From Candidatus Cloacimonadales bacterium (lineage in GTDB: Bacteria; Cloacimonadota; Cloacimonadia; Cloacimonadales; JAFGVF01): a stretch of DNA of 64,000 bases. The DNA lies in assembly GCA_963667035.1 (NCBI GenBank), contig OY762964.1, forward strand, positions 2,112,001 to 2,176,000, given 5' to 3'. Under the pieces are notes generated by a model. That model did not search any database, was not told the origin of the DNA, and worked only from the letters and a program-made list of their open reading frames with translations. Each line of letters begins with the position of its first letter. Position 1 is the stretch's first letter. Shown here piece after piece: positions 38,082-47,318 of the stretch. The translations under genes were made by a program, and so were the position numbers.

Positions 38082-39362
38082 TTATAAATCTCTTCCAATA
38101 GCCTTCATAAGATTCAACCAGTTAATTTTAGCTTTATATACAGCATTCAAATAACTGATTTTTGTACTCTTCCATGTTAGTTGAGAGTCACTAACTTCCA
38201 ATTGCGTCCCCAAACTATTCTGATAACGTGTTTCAGCTATATTAAGTGCTTTCTGTGCCAGATTTACGTTCTTTTCCTCAGCCTTCAGTTTTTGTAAACT
38301 CGCCTGATAGCTCTTATAAGCACTAGTTATCTCTAGCTCTATCTTGTTTCTAGTATCATGTTCCGTTATAAGAGCATTCTTATATGCGTATCTGGCTGAT
38401 TTCTTCTCATAGTGATTGGTAAGACCTTTAAAAATTGGTAGCTGGAACGAAATCCCCCAATTGTAGGTGTCTCCGAAATCATCTCCTTCTACTCCATATT
38501 TATCTGATAACGCATAATGAGTGTATCCTGCAGAAGCCTGTATATTAGGCAGAAAGTATAAACTTTCATTCTTATAATTAATTTCCTGCATCTCCCGACT
38601 CAATGCTACAACCTTAAGTTCACCTCTACTATTTGCTCCTTCTTCAATAGCCGATTCAAGAGACAATAGACCTGATTGGGAAAAACTAATCTCACCCTCA
38701 AGCTCTAACTCCCCTTCATTCCAGCCAATGAAATCTTTTAAGCTCTCTTTAGCTAAGACTACATTTTTCTCAGCTTCTGTCACATCAGGCTCCAGTCTTG
38801 ATACTGATAACTCAGCATTTAATAGGTCATACTCGCTGACCAGCTTCTGTTCATACATCACTTGAACCTGATTGTAATGCTTCACGGCAACTTCAAGAGC
38901 TTCCCTTTGAATTGCAAGTAACTCTTCTGCTAACAAAACACTATCAAAAGCTTCATATGTATTGAATATTACATTATCTTCAGTAACTCCTACATTAGTA
39001 TTCTGCAAATCTGTATATACCCTAGCAGCTCTTAAACCTAAGAATACAGAAGATGAAAACAGAATTTGACTTGCTTGTACTCCTGCAGCCAAACTTGTTT
39101 CTTTTTGTTCATCCATCCCATACTGCACGGTTTGATTATCCGATAGCATAGTTGTTTTTTGTTTATACTCTCCGACAGCATCAATCTGAGGATACAATAT
39201 CCCCTTTGTTCCTCTATAATCCGCATAAGCCATCTCTTTGTCATTCAGAGAGGTTTGCATGTCAGGATTATTATCCAATGCCATTTTTATTGCATCTTCA
39301 ATTGTTAATGCCTCGAGTAATACAGGTAGTAGTATTACCCATATTATCAGAAAACGTCTCAT
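38082..39362 (-). CDS. TolC family outer membrane efflux protein
   Basis: Signal peptide, duplicated OEP repeats (YPQI, LPNI, LPIFKG, RYQNSLGTQLEV) and operon position. Confidence 0.9.
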   Translation of the reverse strand: MRRFLIIWVILLPVLLEALTIEDAIKMALDNNPDMQTSLNDKEMAYADYRGTKGILYPQIDAVGEYKQKTTMLSDNQTVQYGMDEQKETSLAAGVQASQILFSSSVFLGLRAARVYTDLQNTNVGVTEDNVIFNTYEAFDSVLLAEELLAIQREALEVAVKHYNQVQVMYEQKLVSEYDLLNAELSVSRLEPDVTEAEKNVVLAKESLKDFIGWNEGELELEGEISFSQSGLLSLESAIEEGANSRGELKVVALSREMQEINYKNESLYFLPNIQASAGYTHYALSDKYGVEGDDFGDTYNWGISFQLPIFKGLTNHYEKKSARYAYKNALITEHDTRNKIELEITSAYKSYQASLQKLKAEEKNVNLAQKALNIAETRYQNSLGTQLEVSDSQLTWKSTKISYLNAVYKAKINWLNLMKAIGRDL

Positions 39363-39420
39363 TTTTCCTCCAAATCCATTTCTATATTTATATTCTCTCA
39401 AAGTAGTCATTATTGTCATA

Positions 39421-40026
39421 TTACTCCTTAAACAGGATGTTCTTAAACGTTAAGTTGAGGAAAGTCTCTCCCCAATCAGCTATATTTACTATTGACGGTA
39501 GTTCGAATGATCCCCAAATTAAACCGGCCATAACATTATTCAGGTAGAAGTTATACTGTTTAGGAGTCATCTCATCTTTAAACTCTCCTAACTTTATGCC
39601 TTCTTCAATAATATCTGTGAAGTTCAGGAATTTCTTCTTTGTCTTTTTTTGCTCTTCGTTAAGGTGAATCTCTCGCATTTCTATCTTGCTAACCGCAATC
39701 TCAATAGCCATGTGTACATTCTTACTATTAAGAATCTTATCAAGCATCGCCAGATAAATTGTTTTAATCTTCTCCTTAGGTGACATTTGCTTGTTTCTAT
39801 AATAATCAATTAGCAAGATGACATCACCGATATTCTCTGTAAGCATTGCTCTAAACAGTGCTTCCTTACTCTCAAAGTGCCAATATAAAGCACCTTTAGT
39901 AACTCCTGCCTCATCGCAAATATCCTTGATTGAAGTAGCGTTATAACCTTGTTTGTAAAACACCTTCAAAGCAGAATCAAGAATAATCTGACGTGTTATC
40001 ATTGCTTCTTCTTTTGTTCTTCTCAT
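39421..40026 (-). CDS. TetR/AcrR family regulator
   Basis: MRRTKEEA...TSIKDICDEAGVTKGALYWHFESK. Confidence 0.93.
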   Translation of the reverse strand: MRRTKEEAMITRQIILDSALKVFYKQGYNATSIKDICDEAGVTKGALYWHFESKEALFRAMLTENIGDVILLIDYYRNKQMSPKEKIKTIYLAMLDKILNSKNVHMAIEIAVSKIEMREIHLNEEQKKTKKKFLNFTDIIEEGIKLGEFKDEMTPKQYNFYLNNVMAGLIWGSFELPSIVNIADWGETFLNLTFKNILFKE

Positions 40027-40037
40027 AGCACCTTCTA

Positions 40038-40247
40038 TACAAACCTTTCAGTATCTTTTTAATTAATATGCTAGCTTTTAGTTAATTAGCACAGCTTATT
40101 GTCACACTAAAAGCGAACAATTTGTGTTTTTGTTCGTCTTTAAACTCATATCCGGATTATCAATATCCCTTCTTAACATACTATTAATAAAGGATGTTAC
40201 AAACTATCCAATCATGTGTATTCAGCTTTTACAAACCGTTTGGTATG
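40038..40247. promoter_or_regulatory. Two candidate TetR operators upstream of the efflux operon
   Basis: TACAAACCTTTCAGTATC (from 40038) and TACAAACCGTTTGGTATG (40230-40247) match at 14/18 positions and are imperfectly palindromic. Confidence 0.55.
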
Positions 40248-40324
40248 CTTCAAATTGTCAACATTATTTATTAAATATACTCAAGAATTAATCGGTCACA
40301 ATATAGTTTATAGATATATTCCAT

Positions 40325-40348
40325 AAAAAAGAGCTCACTAATGAGCTC
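40325..40348 (-). terminator. Intrinsic terminator after mscS
   Basis: GAGCTCA-CTAA-TGAGCTC with six U on the minus strand. Confidence 0.75.
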
Positions 40349-40386
40349 ATATTAAATACTTTATGAATAACATTCAACTGTTAGCA

Positions 40387-41205
40387 CTATTGCTTTATTT
40401 TCAGTTCTTTTTCTCCTAACCAAATAACACTTTGAGGGAAAGCAATTTCAATCTCATTCTCCTCCAGAACTTTTTTTATCTCCCAGAGCATCTTCATCTT
40501 TAACTGATACCATTCGGACACAGGACCCCAAATCATAACTGTTATATCAACAGAACTGTCATTCAGTTCACTAACAAAGACTACCGGTTCCGGATTGTGC
40601 AAAGCAAAAGGCTCGTTATCAATCAATTCCTTGATAATTCTAATAGCTTTATCAGCATCATCCTGATATCTAATCCCTACTTTATAGTTAAATCTTCTTG
40701 CAACATTGCTAACATAATTAGTTATACTTGAAGTAAACACTTTTTCATTAGGAATTCTTATATCAAGCCCATCCCAAGTGCGTATTTTAGTAGATATTAT
40801 CTTAATATCTTCAACAATGCCCACCGTTCCGTTAACCTCTACAGCATTACCTATTTTCATAGGTCTCTCCATCATTAAGAACAAGCCTGACACCAAGTTG
40901 CCGACGATACTCTGACTTGCAAAACCTATAACAATACCTAAAATACCTCCTGCTACAAGCAATCCGGATAACTCAATCCCCAAAAGACCCAACAACCAAC
41001 TTGCAACTATTGTAAACAAGCTATATGTTACTATCTTTATTATCAGTTCCAGATGGTCTTTGTTCATCTTGGTTTTAAGACTCTTTCTAAGATAGAATGA
41101 TAACAGATTGGATATAATTCTCAAACCGAGAAGGATAGCCATCATTACCAGAAGCTTTTTTACAGTAACATTAGCAAAAAGCACTTTATCAAGAATATCA
41201 AGCAT
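40387..41205 (-). CDS. Small-conductance mechanosensitive channel (MscS family)
   Basis: GFASQSIVGNLVSG, IPNEKVF, LNDSSV and IEIAFPQ motifs. Confidence 0.9.
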   Translation of the reverse strand: MLDILDKVLFANVTVKKLLVMMAILLGLRIISNLLSFYLRKSLKTKMNKDHLELIIKIVTYSLFTIVASWLLGLLGIELSGLLVAGGILGIVIGFASQSIVGNLVSGLFLMMERPMKIGNAVEVNGTVGIVEDIKIISTKIRTWDGLDIRIPNEKVFTSSITNYVSNVARRFNYKVGIRYQDDADKAIRIIKELIDNEPFALHNPEPVVFVSELNDSSVDITVMIWGPVSEWYQLKMKMLWEIKKVLEENEIEIAFPQSVIWLGEKELKIKQ

Positions 41206-41933
41206 TAGAAACCTTCCATCATTACAGTCTTAGGGGATGTAACAGACAACTTTTTCATTGTTACCAGCTCTAGTGATTTTCTCATGTTTGCTTCCAAGGG
41301 TGATTTCTGAAATTCTGTTTCGGCAATTTCTTCTTCAGCCAGTTTCATTAAAGCTCTCATTGCAACAAGATTTTCATTATAATAAATCTTCATACCAAGG
41401 GCTTTAAACAGTGCCCTATTCATGGATACCCATGTAGTTGTATTGTTTCTAATTGTCAGTTCTATTACTCCTTCATAGAGTGGATTAACTTCCGGTCTAG
41501 ACATAAATATCTGACTCTTCCAATGTTTACAAATCGTTCCATTGCTAGGGTCCCCGTAAAGAGTAAACTTTTGCTTACTAAATGAAAATACATCGAGGAG
41601 TTCATAATCTCGTTTCTTTGAGACAAAGACACCAATCTCAACAGGGAATGTAATGAATATCTTATGATTCATTCCCGGTTTCACAGAGATTGTACGGTCA
41701 AACTCAATCAATAAAAAAGAAGTAATATTCTTAGGAGTGAATAATGGCTCTACCGGATTAATAACTACTTTAGATTGATCTGCTAAAAGGAGCTTACTTA
41801 CGGTTTCTCCTTCAGATTTCCTACAGTAGCTATAGCTATCCAACTCTTTAAGAACTTCTATCTGCACAAGTTCGTTCTCAATTTTCAAGGGTAACTTATA
41901 ATCACCAAACATTGTATCCTCATAATGTTGCAT
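41205..41933 (-). CDS. DUF432-family protein
   Basis: NPVEP, FPVEIGVF and KFTLYGDPSNGTICKHWKS motifs recalled for DUF432. Coupled to mscS. Confidence 0.75.
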   Translation of the reverse strand: MQHYEDTMFGDYKLPLKIENELVQIEVLKELDSYSYCRKSEGETVSKLLLADQSKVVINPVEPLFTPKNITSFLLIEFDRTISVKPGMNHKIFITFPVEIGVFVSKKRDYELLDVFSFSKQKFTLYGDPSNGTICKHWKSQIFMSRPEVNPLYEGVIELTIRNNTTTWVSMNRALFKALGMKIYYNENLVAMRALMKLAEEEIAETEFQKSPLEANMRKSLELVTMKKLSVTSPKTVMMEGF

Positions 41934-42113
41934 TTTGTATATATTATCTGATTATTGTTTTTATGCTAATTGAATATTGATTGTTATTATCTACAATCTA
42001 TCCTGAATAATAGTCTTCTGAACTCTTAAGAATGGTCAAGTTATTAAGGATATAAGAATTGATATGATTAAGATAACCTAATCATCTTGTATAATATGTA
42101 AATCGAATTTAAA

Positions 42114-42287
42114 CTACTTCATTAAAATAGTTTTAACAGGCTTAGCAACATTACCACTTTGAAGTTTTATGAAATAAATTCCTGTTGAGCTTAGACTTCC
42201 GCTCTTATCGGAACCATTCCAAATCACTGTGTGCTGTCCGCGTGTCAAGTCGTCATCTAACAGTGTATTCACTTTTTTCCCCTTATA
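42114..42287 (-). pseudogene. Orphan remnant of a FlgD-Ig/T9SS-like C-terminal sorting domain
   Basis: Translates as KGKKVNTLLDDDLTRGQHTVIWNGSDKSGSLSSTGIYFIKLQSGNVAKPVKTILMK*, with an in-frame stop directly upstream. Confidence 0.75.
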
Positions 42288-42459
42288 TTATCTCTAAACA
42301 ATCTTTGTCACAATCTTCTAACGAATAAGCAGATTTAGGTTACAGTATAATTTCATGAATGCTAAATCTTCACATTGTAACAGATTAGTTTGCCGGATAC
42401 AATATAATTGTCAAGTTTATTTCAGCTATATCCCCTTAAAGTTATAATTCAACTCGTTT

Positions 42460-43065
42460 CTATTTCAAACGGAGAGAATAGCTAAAAATTAATACTTTAG
42501 TTTCCACGTCCATTTCAACTCCTAAGAAATCTCTATCTGTCCATGTTAAAAAGTAGTTTACTTTGAACAAATGATTCTTCTTTACTCTAAATCCTATTCC
42601 AAGGTCGCATCCATATCCTATTAGATTATTATCATCATCTCCGTCTGCAGTCCACGTGCTATAACCACCCCCTAACTCAACAAAAGGGCTATTCCACATA
42701 TCCTTATTAATATAAAGCCTTGAACCTACTCCTAAAAGAGAATTGCTAATTGAGACTACATCCCCTTCTATATTCTCCATAGAATGAATATTAAACTTGA
42801 GCATAAAATACATATCTGCTTTTTTTTCTTCAAAATTGTTTCCTAGACGTACATCAAAGACTATCCCCGTTTCATTTAAATCAGGGGTTGTAATAGATTC
42901 ATAACCATCAGAGATTGTTTGTTTATATTCTGTTTTACTGAATCCGGCTCCAAATTCCAAAAAAAATCTACTAGTCATTTGGGGTTTTACTTCTTCTGTA
43001 TTCTTCTCAGAAAACAATTGTATCGATATTATCAACAGTGTTATTATTATAGCTATCCTCTTCAT
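42460..43065 (-). CDS. Outer-membrane beta-barrel protein, paralog of 24110-24712
   Basis: Signal peptide and strands FGAGFS, LGVGSRLY, ELGGGYS and GCDLGIG. GGAGG RBS precedes ATG 43065. Confidence 0.7.
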   Translation of the reverse strand: MKRIAIIITLLIISIQLFSEKNTEEVKPQMTSRFFLEFGAGFSKTEYKQTISDGYESITTPDLNETGIVFDVRLGNNFEEKKADMYFMLKFNIHSMENIEGDVVSISNSLLGVGSRLYINKDMWNSPFVELGGGYSTWTADGDDDNNLIGYGCDLGIGFRVKKNHLFKVNYFLTWTDRDFLGVEMDVETKVLIFSYSLRLK

Positions 43066-43144
43066 AAACCCTCCTTTTATCAATAATCCTTATACTGAAA
43101 TATTTAGTCAAGCAACATATTTCTATTTTTTATCTCCATAAACC

Positions 43145-43400
43145 TTATTCATTCTTATGTAAAGTCCTTCCTATGCAATCATTTATTCCGTATTCATTAA
43201 TCCAACATTTCAAAGTAGAGGAGCCACCTATGTTGTAAATAGTTCTTGCTTGGAAAATAGTTAGGACTCCATCCTCGATCTCTTTAACTACTTTGCGTTT
43301 AAATACTTCACTATAACATAATGCTGTTTTCTGTTTCATTTTCTGTAAACCTTTAATTTCTCTCAGTTATATATGTGTCTACTTTATTTAGGACGCTGTA
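43145..43400 (-). mobile_element. Truncated IS3-family-like element (left end plus partial OrfA HTH)
   Basis: YSEVFKRKVVKEIEDG..TI.QARTIYNIGGSSTLKCWINEYG resembles a transposase OrfA HTH. The minus-strand sequence CGTCCTAAATAAAGTAGACAC upstream resembles an IR. No OrfB. Confidence 0.7.
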
Positions 43401-43565
43401 ATTGGTTCCTTCCGGGTTCCTTTTACTCGTCCACCAACCACGGGTTTCTCTCGGGTTAGTCTCCCGTTGCTCTCCCGTTGGTCTCCCGTTGCTCGCAACG
43501 GGATAGAAACGAGAGAAAAATGAGAGAAAAACTGGTAAAAAATCTGTGGTTGGTGGACACCCGGA
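43401..43565. repeat. Palindromic 11-bp-unit dispersed repeat, copy 1
   Basis: TTnnTCTCCCG units, centre CCCGTTGC-TC-GCAACGGG, inverted units, and outer IR GTCCACCAACCAC / GTGGTTGGTGGAC. Confidence 0.85.
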
Positions 43566-43826
43566 AAGATGCTACTCAGATTGCTTAAATTATCAATGGC
43601 AGTGAAAACAGGACCATTTTTAACTGCCGTGACAGCTTAAATGAAACAAAAAAAGTAACAAATCAAAACTTATTGCAGTTTAGGATGCCCCCACTCCTTG
43701 ATTTATACTATAGATTATTAACTAATTAAGACACAAGCTTATATTATCAGTCATAAATTTTATTTGGGAATTTGTTAGTCTAATCTAAATTATATACAAA
43801 TCAAAATATCTTTGGAGGTATATGTG

Positions 43827-44912
43827 ATGTTTAAACAATATGATCCCCTGAAAGGGAAGATTGTAAAAATAATAGATGAAAACGGAAAACTCTTGAAAGG
43901 AAAGGAGATTCCGAATGATAATGATGCATTCTGGGTAAAGGCAATGGAGAAAATGCTTTTTGCCAGACAAGCAGACTTAATGGCAGTCAGTTTCCAAAGA
44001 CAAGGCAGAATGTTCACTTATCCCCCTAATCTTGGTCAGGAAGCTATTGCAACAGCCGTTGGGCTTGTAAATAAAGAAGAGGACTGGGTTGTTCCGGCCT
44101 TTAGAGAGCTAGCCGCTTGGTTGGCAAAAGGTGCTGAATTACACGAAATATTCCTATATTTCAAAGGCGATGAAAGAGGTTCTGTTATGGAGAAAGCTCC
44201 CCATATACTACCGTCCTCTGTTCCTATTGCCTCACAACTTCTACATGCGGCAGGAATAGGTTATTCTTTGAAGCATAACAAAAAGAACGGAGTAGTTTAT
44301 ACATTTGTTGGCGATGGTGGGACCTCAGAAGGAGACTTCCATGAAGCTCTTAACTTCGCAGGTGTATGGAAAGCTCCCGTAATCTTCATAGTACAAAACA
44401 ATCAATTTGCAATATCTGTTCCGAGAAAACAGCAGAGTGCAGCCGAATCATTAGCTAATAAAGGGATCGGCTATGGTATACCTGCTCTTCATGTGGATGG
44501 TAATGATATATTTGCAATGTATGCTGCTCTTGACTATGCAAGAAACTACGCTCTTGAAGGTAACGGTCCCGTACTTATAGAAGCAGAGACATTCAGAATG
44601 GGTGCTCACACAACTTCTGATGACCCAACCAGATACAGAACTTCTGAGATGGAAGAAGAATGGGCTAAGAAAGATCCGGTAAAGAGATTGAGAATGTTCC
44701 TTGAAAGTAAGGGACTCTGGGATGAGAAGAAAGAGAATGCCTTAATTGAAGAGTATAAGCAGAAAGTGGAAAAAGAATTCGTGAAAGCGGAAGAGTTATA
44801 TAAGAAAAACTTAAACAATGTCTTTGAATATATGTTTGAAGAGATGCCTGAACATCTGAAAAGACAGAAAGTAGAGTATGAAAACTACCTTCACTGGAAG
44901 GAGGGAAAATGA
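43827..44912 (+). CDS. pdhA: 2-oxoacid (pyruvate) dehydrogenase E1 alpha
   Basis: QRQGR, GQEA, TPP motif GDGGTSEGDFHE...NNQFAIS and HTTSDDP. GGAGG RBS. Confidence 0.9.
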   Translation: MFKQYDPLKGKIVKIIDENGKLLKGKEIPNDNDAFWVKAMEKMLFARQADLMAVSFQRQGRMFTYPPNLGQEAIATAVGLVNKEEDWVVPAFRELAAWLAKGAELHEIFLYFKGDERGSVMEKAPHILPSSVPIASQLLHAAGIGYSLKHNKKNGVVYTFVGDGGTSEGDFHEALNFAGVWKAPVIFIVQNNQFAISVPRKQQSAAESLANKGIGYGIPALHVDGNDIFAMYAALDYARNYALEGNGPVLIEAETFRMGAHTTSDDPTRYRTSEMEEEWAKKDPVKRLRMFLESKGLWDEKKENALIEEYKQKVEKEFVKAEELYKKNLNNVFEYMFEEMPEHLKRQKVEYENYLHWKEGK

Positions 44913-45889
44913 AGAAAGTAATGAACATGGTTCAAGCTATAAATAATGCAATGGATATGATGCTGACAGAGCATCCCGAAGTTATCATATACGGCGAAGA
45001 TGCCGGACTTGAAGGCGGTGTTTTCAGAGTAACTGAAGGTCTTCAAAAGAAACATGGTGTTGATAGGGTTTTCGACTCACCTCTCGCAGAATCGGGAATT
45101 GTCGGAACCGCCCTAGGTATGGCAATAACAGGTATGAGACCGATTGTGGAATTACAGTTTGACGGCTTCACATATCCTGCTTTTAATCAGATTGTATCAC
45201 ATGTATCTCGTTTTAGAAACAGGACACGTGGTAAATTCTCTGTACCAATGGTAATAAGATTCCCATACGGAGGAGGTATCAACGCCCTTGAACACCACTC
45301 AGAAAGTCCGGAAGCTTACTACTCCCATACACCCGGCTTAAAAGTCGTGATACCTTCAACTCCTTATGATGCAAAAGGGCTTCTTATTAGTGCAATAGAG
45401 TCTAATGATCCGGTAATCTTTATGGAACCCAAAAAGATTTACAGAGCTATCAAACAGGAAGTACCGGAAGAGAAATACTCAATACCTCTTGGAAAAGCCA
45501 AAGTAGTAGCCGAGGGAACCGATATTACTGTAGTAACATACGGTGCTATGGTAAGAGAGGTTCAAAGAGCAATGGTTATGGCTAAGAAAGAAGGAATCTC
45601 TGTCGAATTGATAGACTTGAGAACTATTTCTCCTATCGATAGAGCTACGATAAAGGAATCCGTTGCAAAAACTGGCCGACTACTGACCGTAATAGAAGCA
45701 CAAAGAAGTTATAGCGTAGCTTCTGAGCTAATGGCTATAACAGTTGAAGAGAACTTCCTTAATCTAGAAGCTCCACCTACAAGAATGGGTGGATTTGACA
45801 CAATAATTCCATTACCTCTGAATGAGGATTTCTATAGAATTGAACCTGAACAGATATTCTATAACATTCAGAAATTGGTTAAATATTAG
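44909..45889 (+). CDS. pdhB: 2-oxoacid dehydrogenase E1 beta
   Basis: GEDAG..GGVFR, DSPLAESG, EHHSES and IDLRTISP motifs. Confidence 0.92.
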   Translation: MKKVMNMVQAINNAMDMMLTEHPEVIIYGEDAGLEGGVFRVTEGLQKKHGVDRVFDSPLAESGIVGTALGMAITGMRPIVELQFDGFTYPAFNQIVSHVSRFRNRTRGKFSVPMVIRFPYGGGINALEHHSESPEAYYSHTPGLKVVIPSTPYDAKGLLISAIESNDPVIFMEPKKIYRAIKQEVPEEKYSIPLGKAKVVAEGTDITVVTYGAMVREVQRAMVMAKKEGISVELIDLRTISPIDRATIKESVAKTGRLLTVIEAQRSYSVASELMAITVEENFLNLEAPPTRMGGFDTIIPLPLNEDFYRIEPEQIFYNIQKLVKY

Positions 45890-45897
45890 GAGGTACG

Positions 45898-47163
45898 ATG
45901 CGTTATATTTTCAATTTCCCCGATATAGGTGAAGGACTGGAGGAAGGACGTATCGTTGAATGGTACGTTAAGAAAGGTCAGGAAGTAAAGATGGGCGATT
46001 CGCTCGTAAAAATGGAGACAGATAAAGTTGTCACTGACATACCTTCTCCCAAAGAAGGTACAATCGTTACCCTCTATGGTGCCGAAGGAGAAGTAGTAAA
46101 TGTCGGTAATCCCTTAGCTGAAATAGAAATTAGCGGTAATGCCGAAGAAGCTCCTCAAACAGACTCTTCCGAATCTGTAGATGAAGAAGGATTCGCAGGA
46201 GTTGTCGGAACTATTGAAGTTGCAAAAGAAGGCTCTTTCCTTCCCGCTTCGGATGAAGGTATGGAAGAGAAGAAAGAGGAATCGGTTTCTATAAAACACA
46301 AAGTACTTGCAACTCCCGTAGCCCGAGCTATGGCTAAAGATCTTGGAATAGACATCAATCAAGTCAAAGGTTCCGGACCTGCAGGTCGCGTTACAAAATC
46401 AGATATAAAAAGGGCAGCTTCAAAACCGGCTTCGACTATTGTTACTCAAGAAACCGATAACTCGGAAAGAGTTGTGATAAGTCCTATTAGCCAGATTCGA
46501 AAAGCTATTGCCCGGAATATGGCTAAGTCAAAGCATACAGCGGCCCACATGACTGTATTTGACGAAGTGGAAGTTAGTTCTCTTGTTGATATTCGCAAAA
46601 AATATAAAGAGACATTTGCTGAAGATGGTGTGAAATTAACCTTCATCCCATTCATTATAAAAGCACTTGTACTTACTCTTAAAAAGCATCCTACAATGAA
46701 CTCCGAACTTGATTTGGATAACGGTCAGATTATTGTTAAAAAATATTACAATATAGGTATCGCAATGGATACAGAAGACGGACTTGTTGTACCTGTTATC
46801 AAAGATGCAGATAAGAAAAGTATTAAGCAACTTGCTATTGAACTTGCAGAGCTTACTGAAAAAGCATTACAAAGGAAGCTTAGCTTGTCTGAAATGCAAA
46901 ACGGTACATTCACAATTACAAACTACGGTTCACTGGGCGGTTGGTTCGGAGTTCCGGTTATAAACCATCCCGAAGTCGGTATAATGGGAATCGGTAGAAT
47001 AGCAAAACGACCCATCGTTGTTAATGACGAAATAGTTGTTGGTCAGATGCTTCCTCTTTCTCTCTCGGTAGACCATAGAATACTTGATGGCGGAGAAACT
47101 ACCAGATTCATTCGTGATTTCATCAGTTATCTGGATGACCCGATTTCCATGATGATGGATTAA
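45898..47163 (+). CDS. pdhC: Dihydrolipoamide acyltransferase E2 with a single lipoyl domain
   Basis: Lipoyl site ETDKV, E3-binding ATPVAR...GSGPAGRV and catalytic DHRILDG. Confidence 0.92.
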   Translation: MRYIFNFPDIGEGLEEGRIVEWYVKKGQEVKMGDSLVKMETDKVVTDIPSPKEGTIVTLYGAEGEVVNVGNPLAEIEISGNAEEAPQTDSSESVDEEGFAGVVGTIEVAKEGSFLPASDEGMEEKKEESVSIKHKVLATPVARAMAKDLGIDINQVKGSGPAGRVTKSDIKRAASKPASTIVTQETDNSERVVISPISQIRKAIARNMAKSKHTAAHMTVFDEVEVSSLVDIRKKYKETFAEDGVKLTFIPFIIKALVLTLKKHPTMNSELDLDNGQIIVKKYYNIGIAMDTEDGLVVPVIKDADKKSIKQLAIELAELTEKALQRKLSLSEMQNGTFTITNYGSLGGWFGVPVINHPEVGIMGIGRIAKRPIVVNDEIVVGQMLPLSLSVDHRILDGGETTRFIRDFISYLDDPISMMMD

Positions 47164-47318
47164 GATATAGCTGTGAAGAAGACATTGGAAATACTTTTAG
47201 TTTGTTTAACGAAAACAAGCATAAATATAAATATAGATATGATACTTCTTAAAATCACATGAAAGATATGATAATCTTTTAGGAAACAATGTATGTTTAG
47301 TACATATTAGGAGTTTAT

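Noticed and set aside
43445..43545. CRISPR array interpretation of the 11-bp repeats
   Set aside because: Units are contiguous, only 11 bp, have no unique spacers and invert mid-element; no cas genes in the window.
47164..47318. Repeated AGATATGATA in the pdhC-lpdA spacer
   Set aside because: Two short AT-rich matches are compatible with chance; no further structure.
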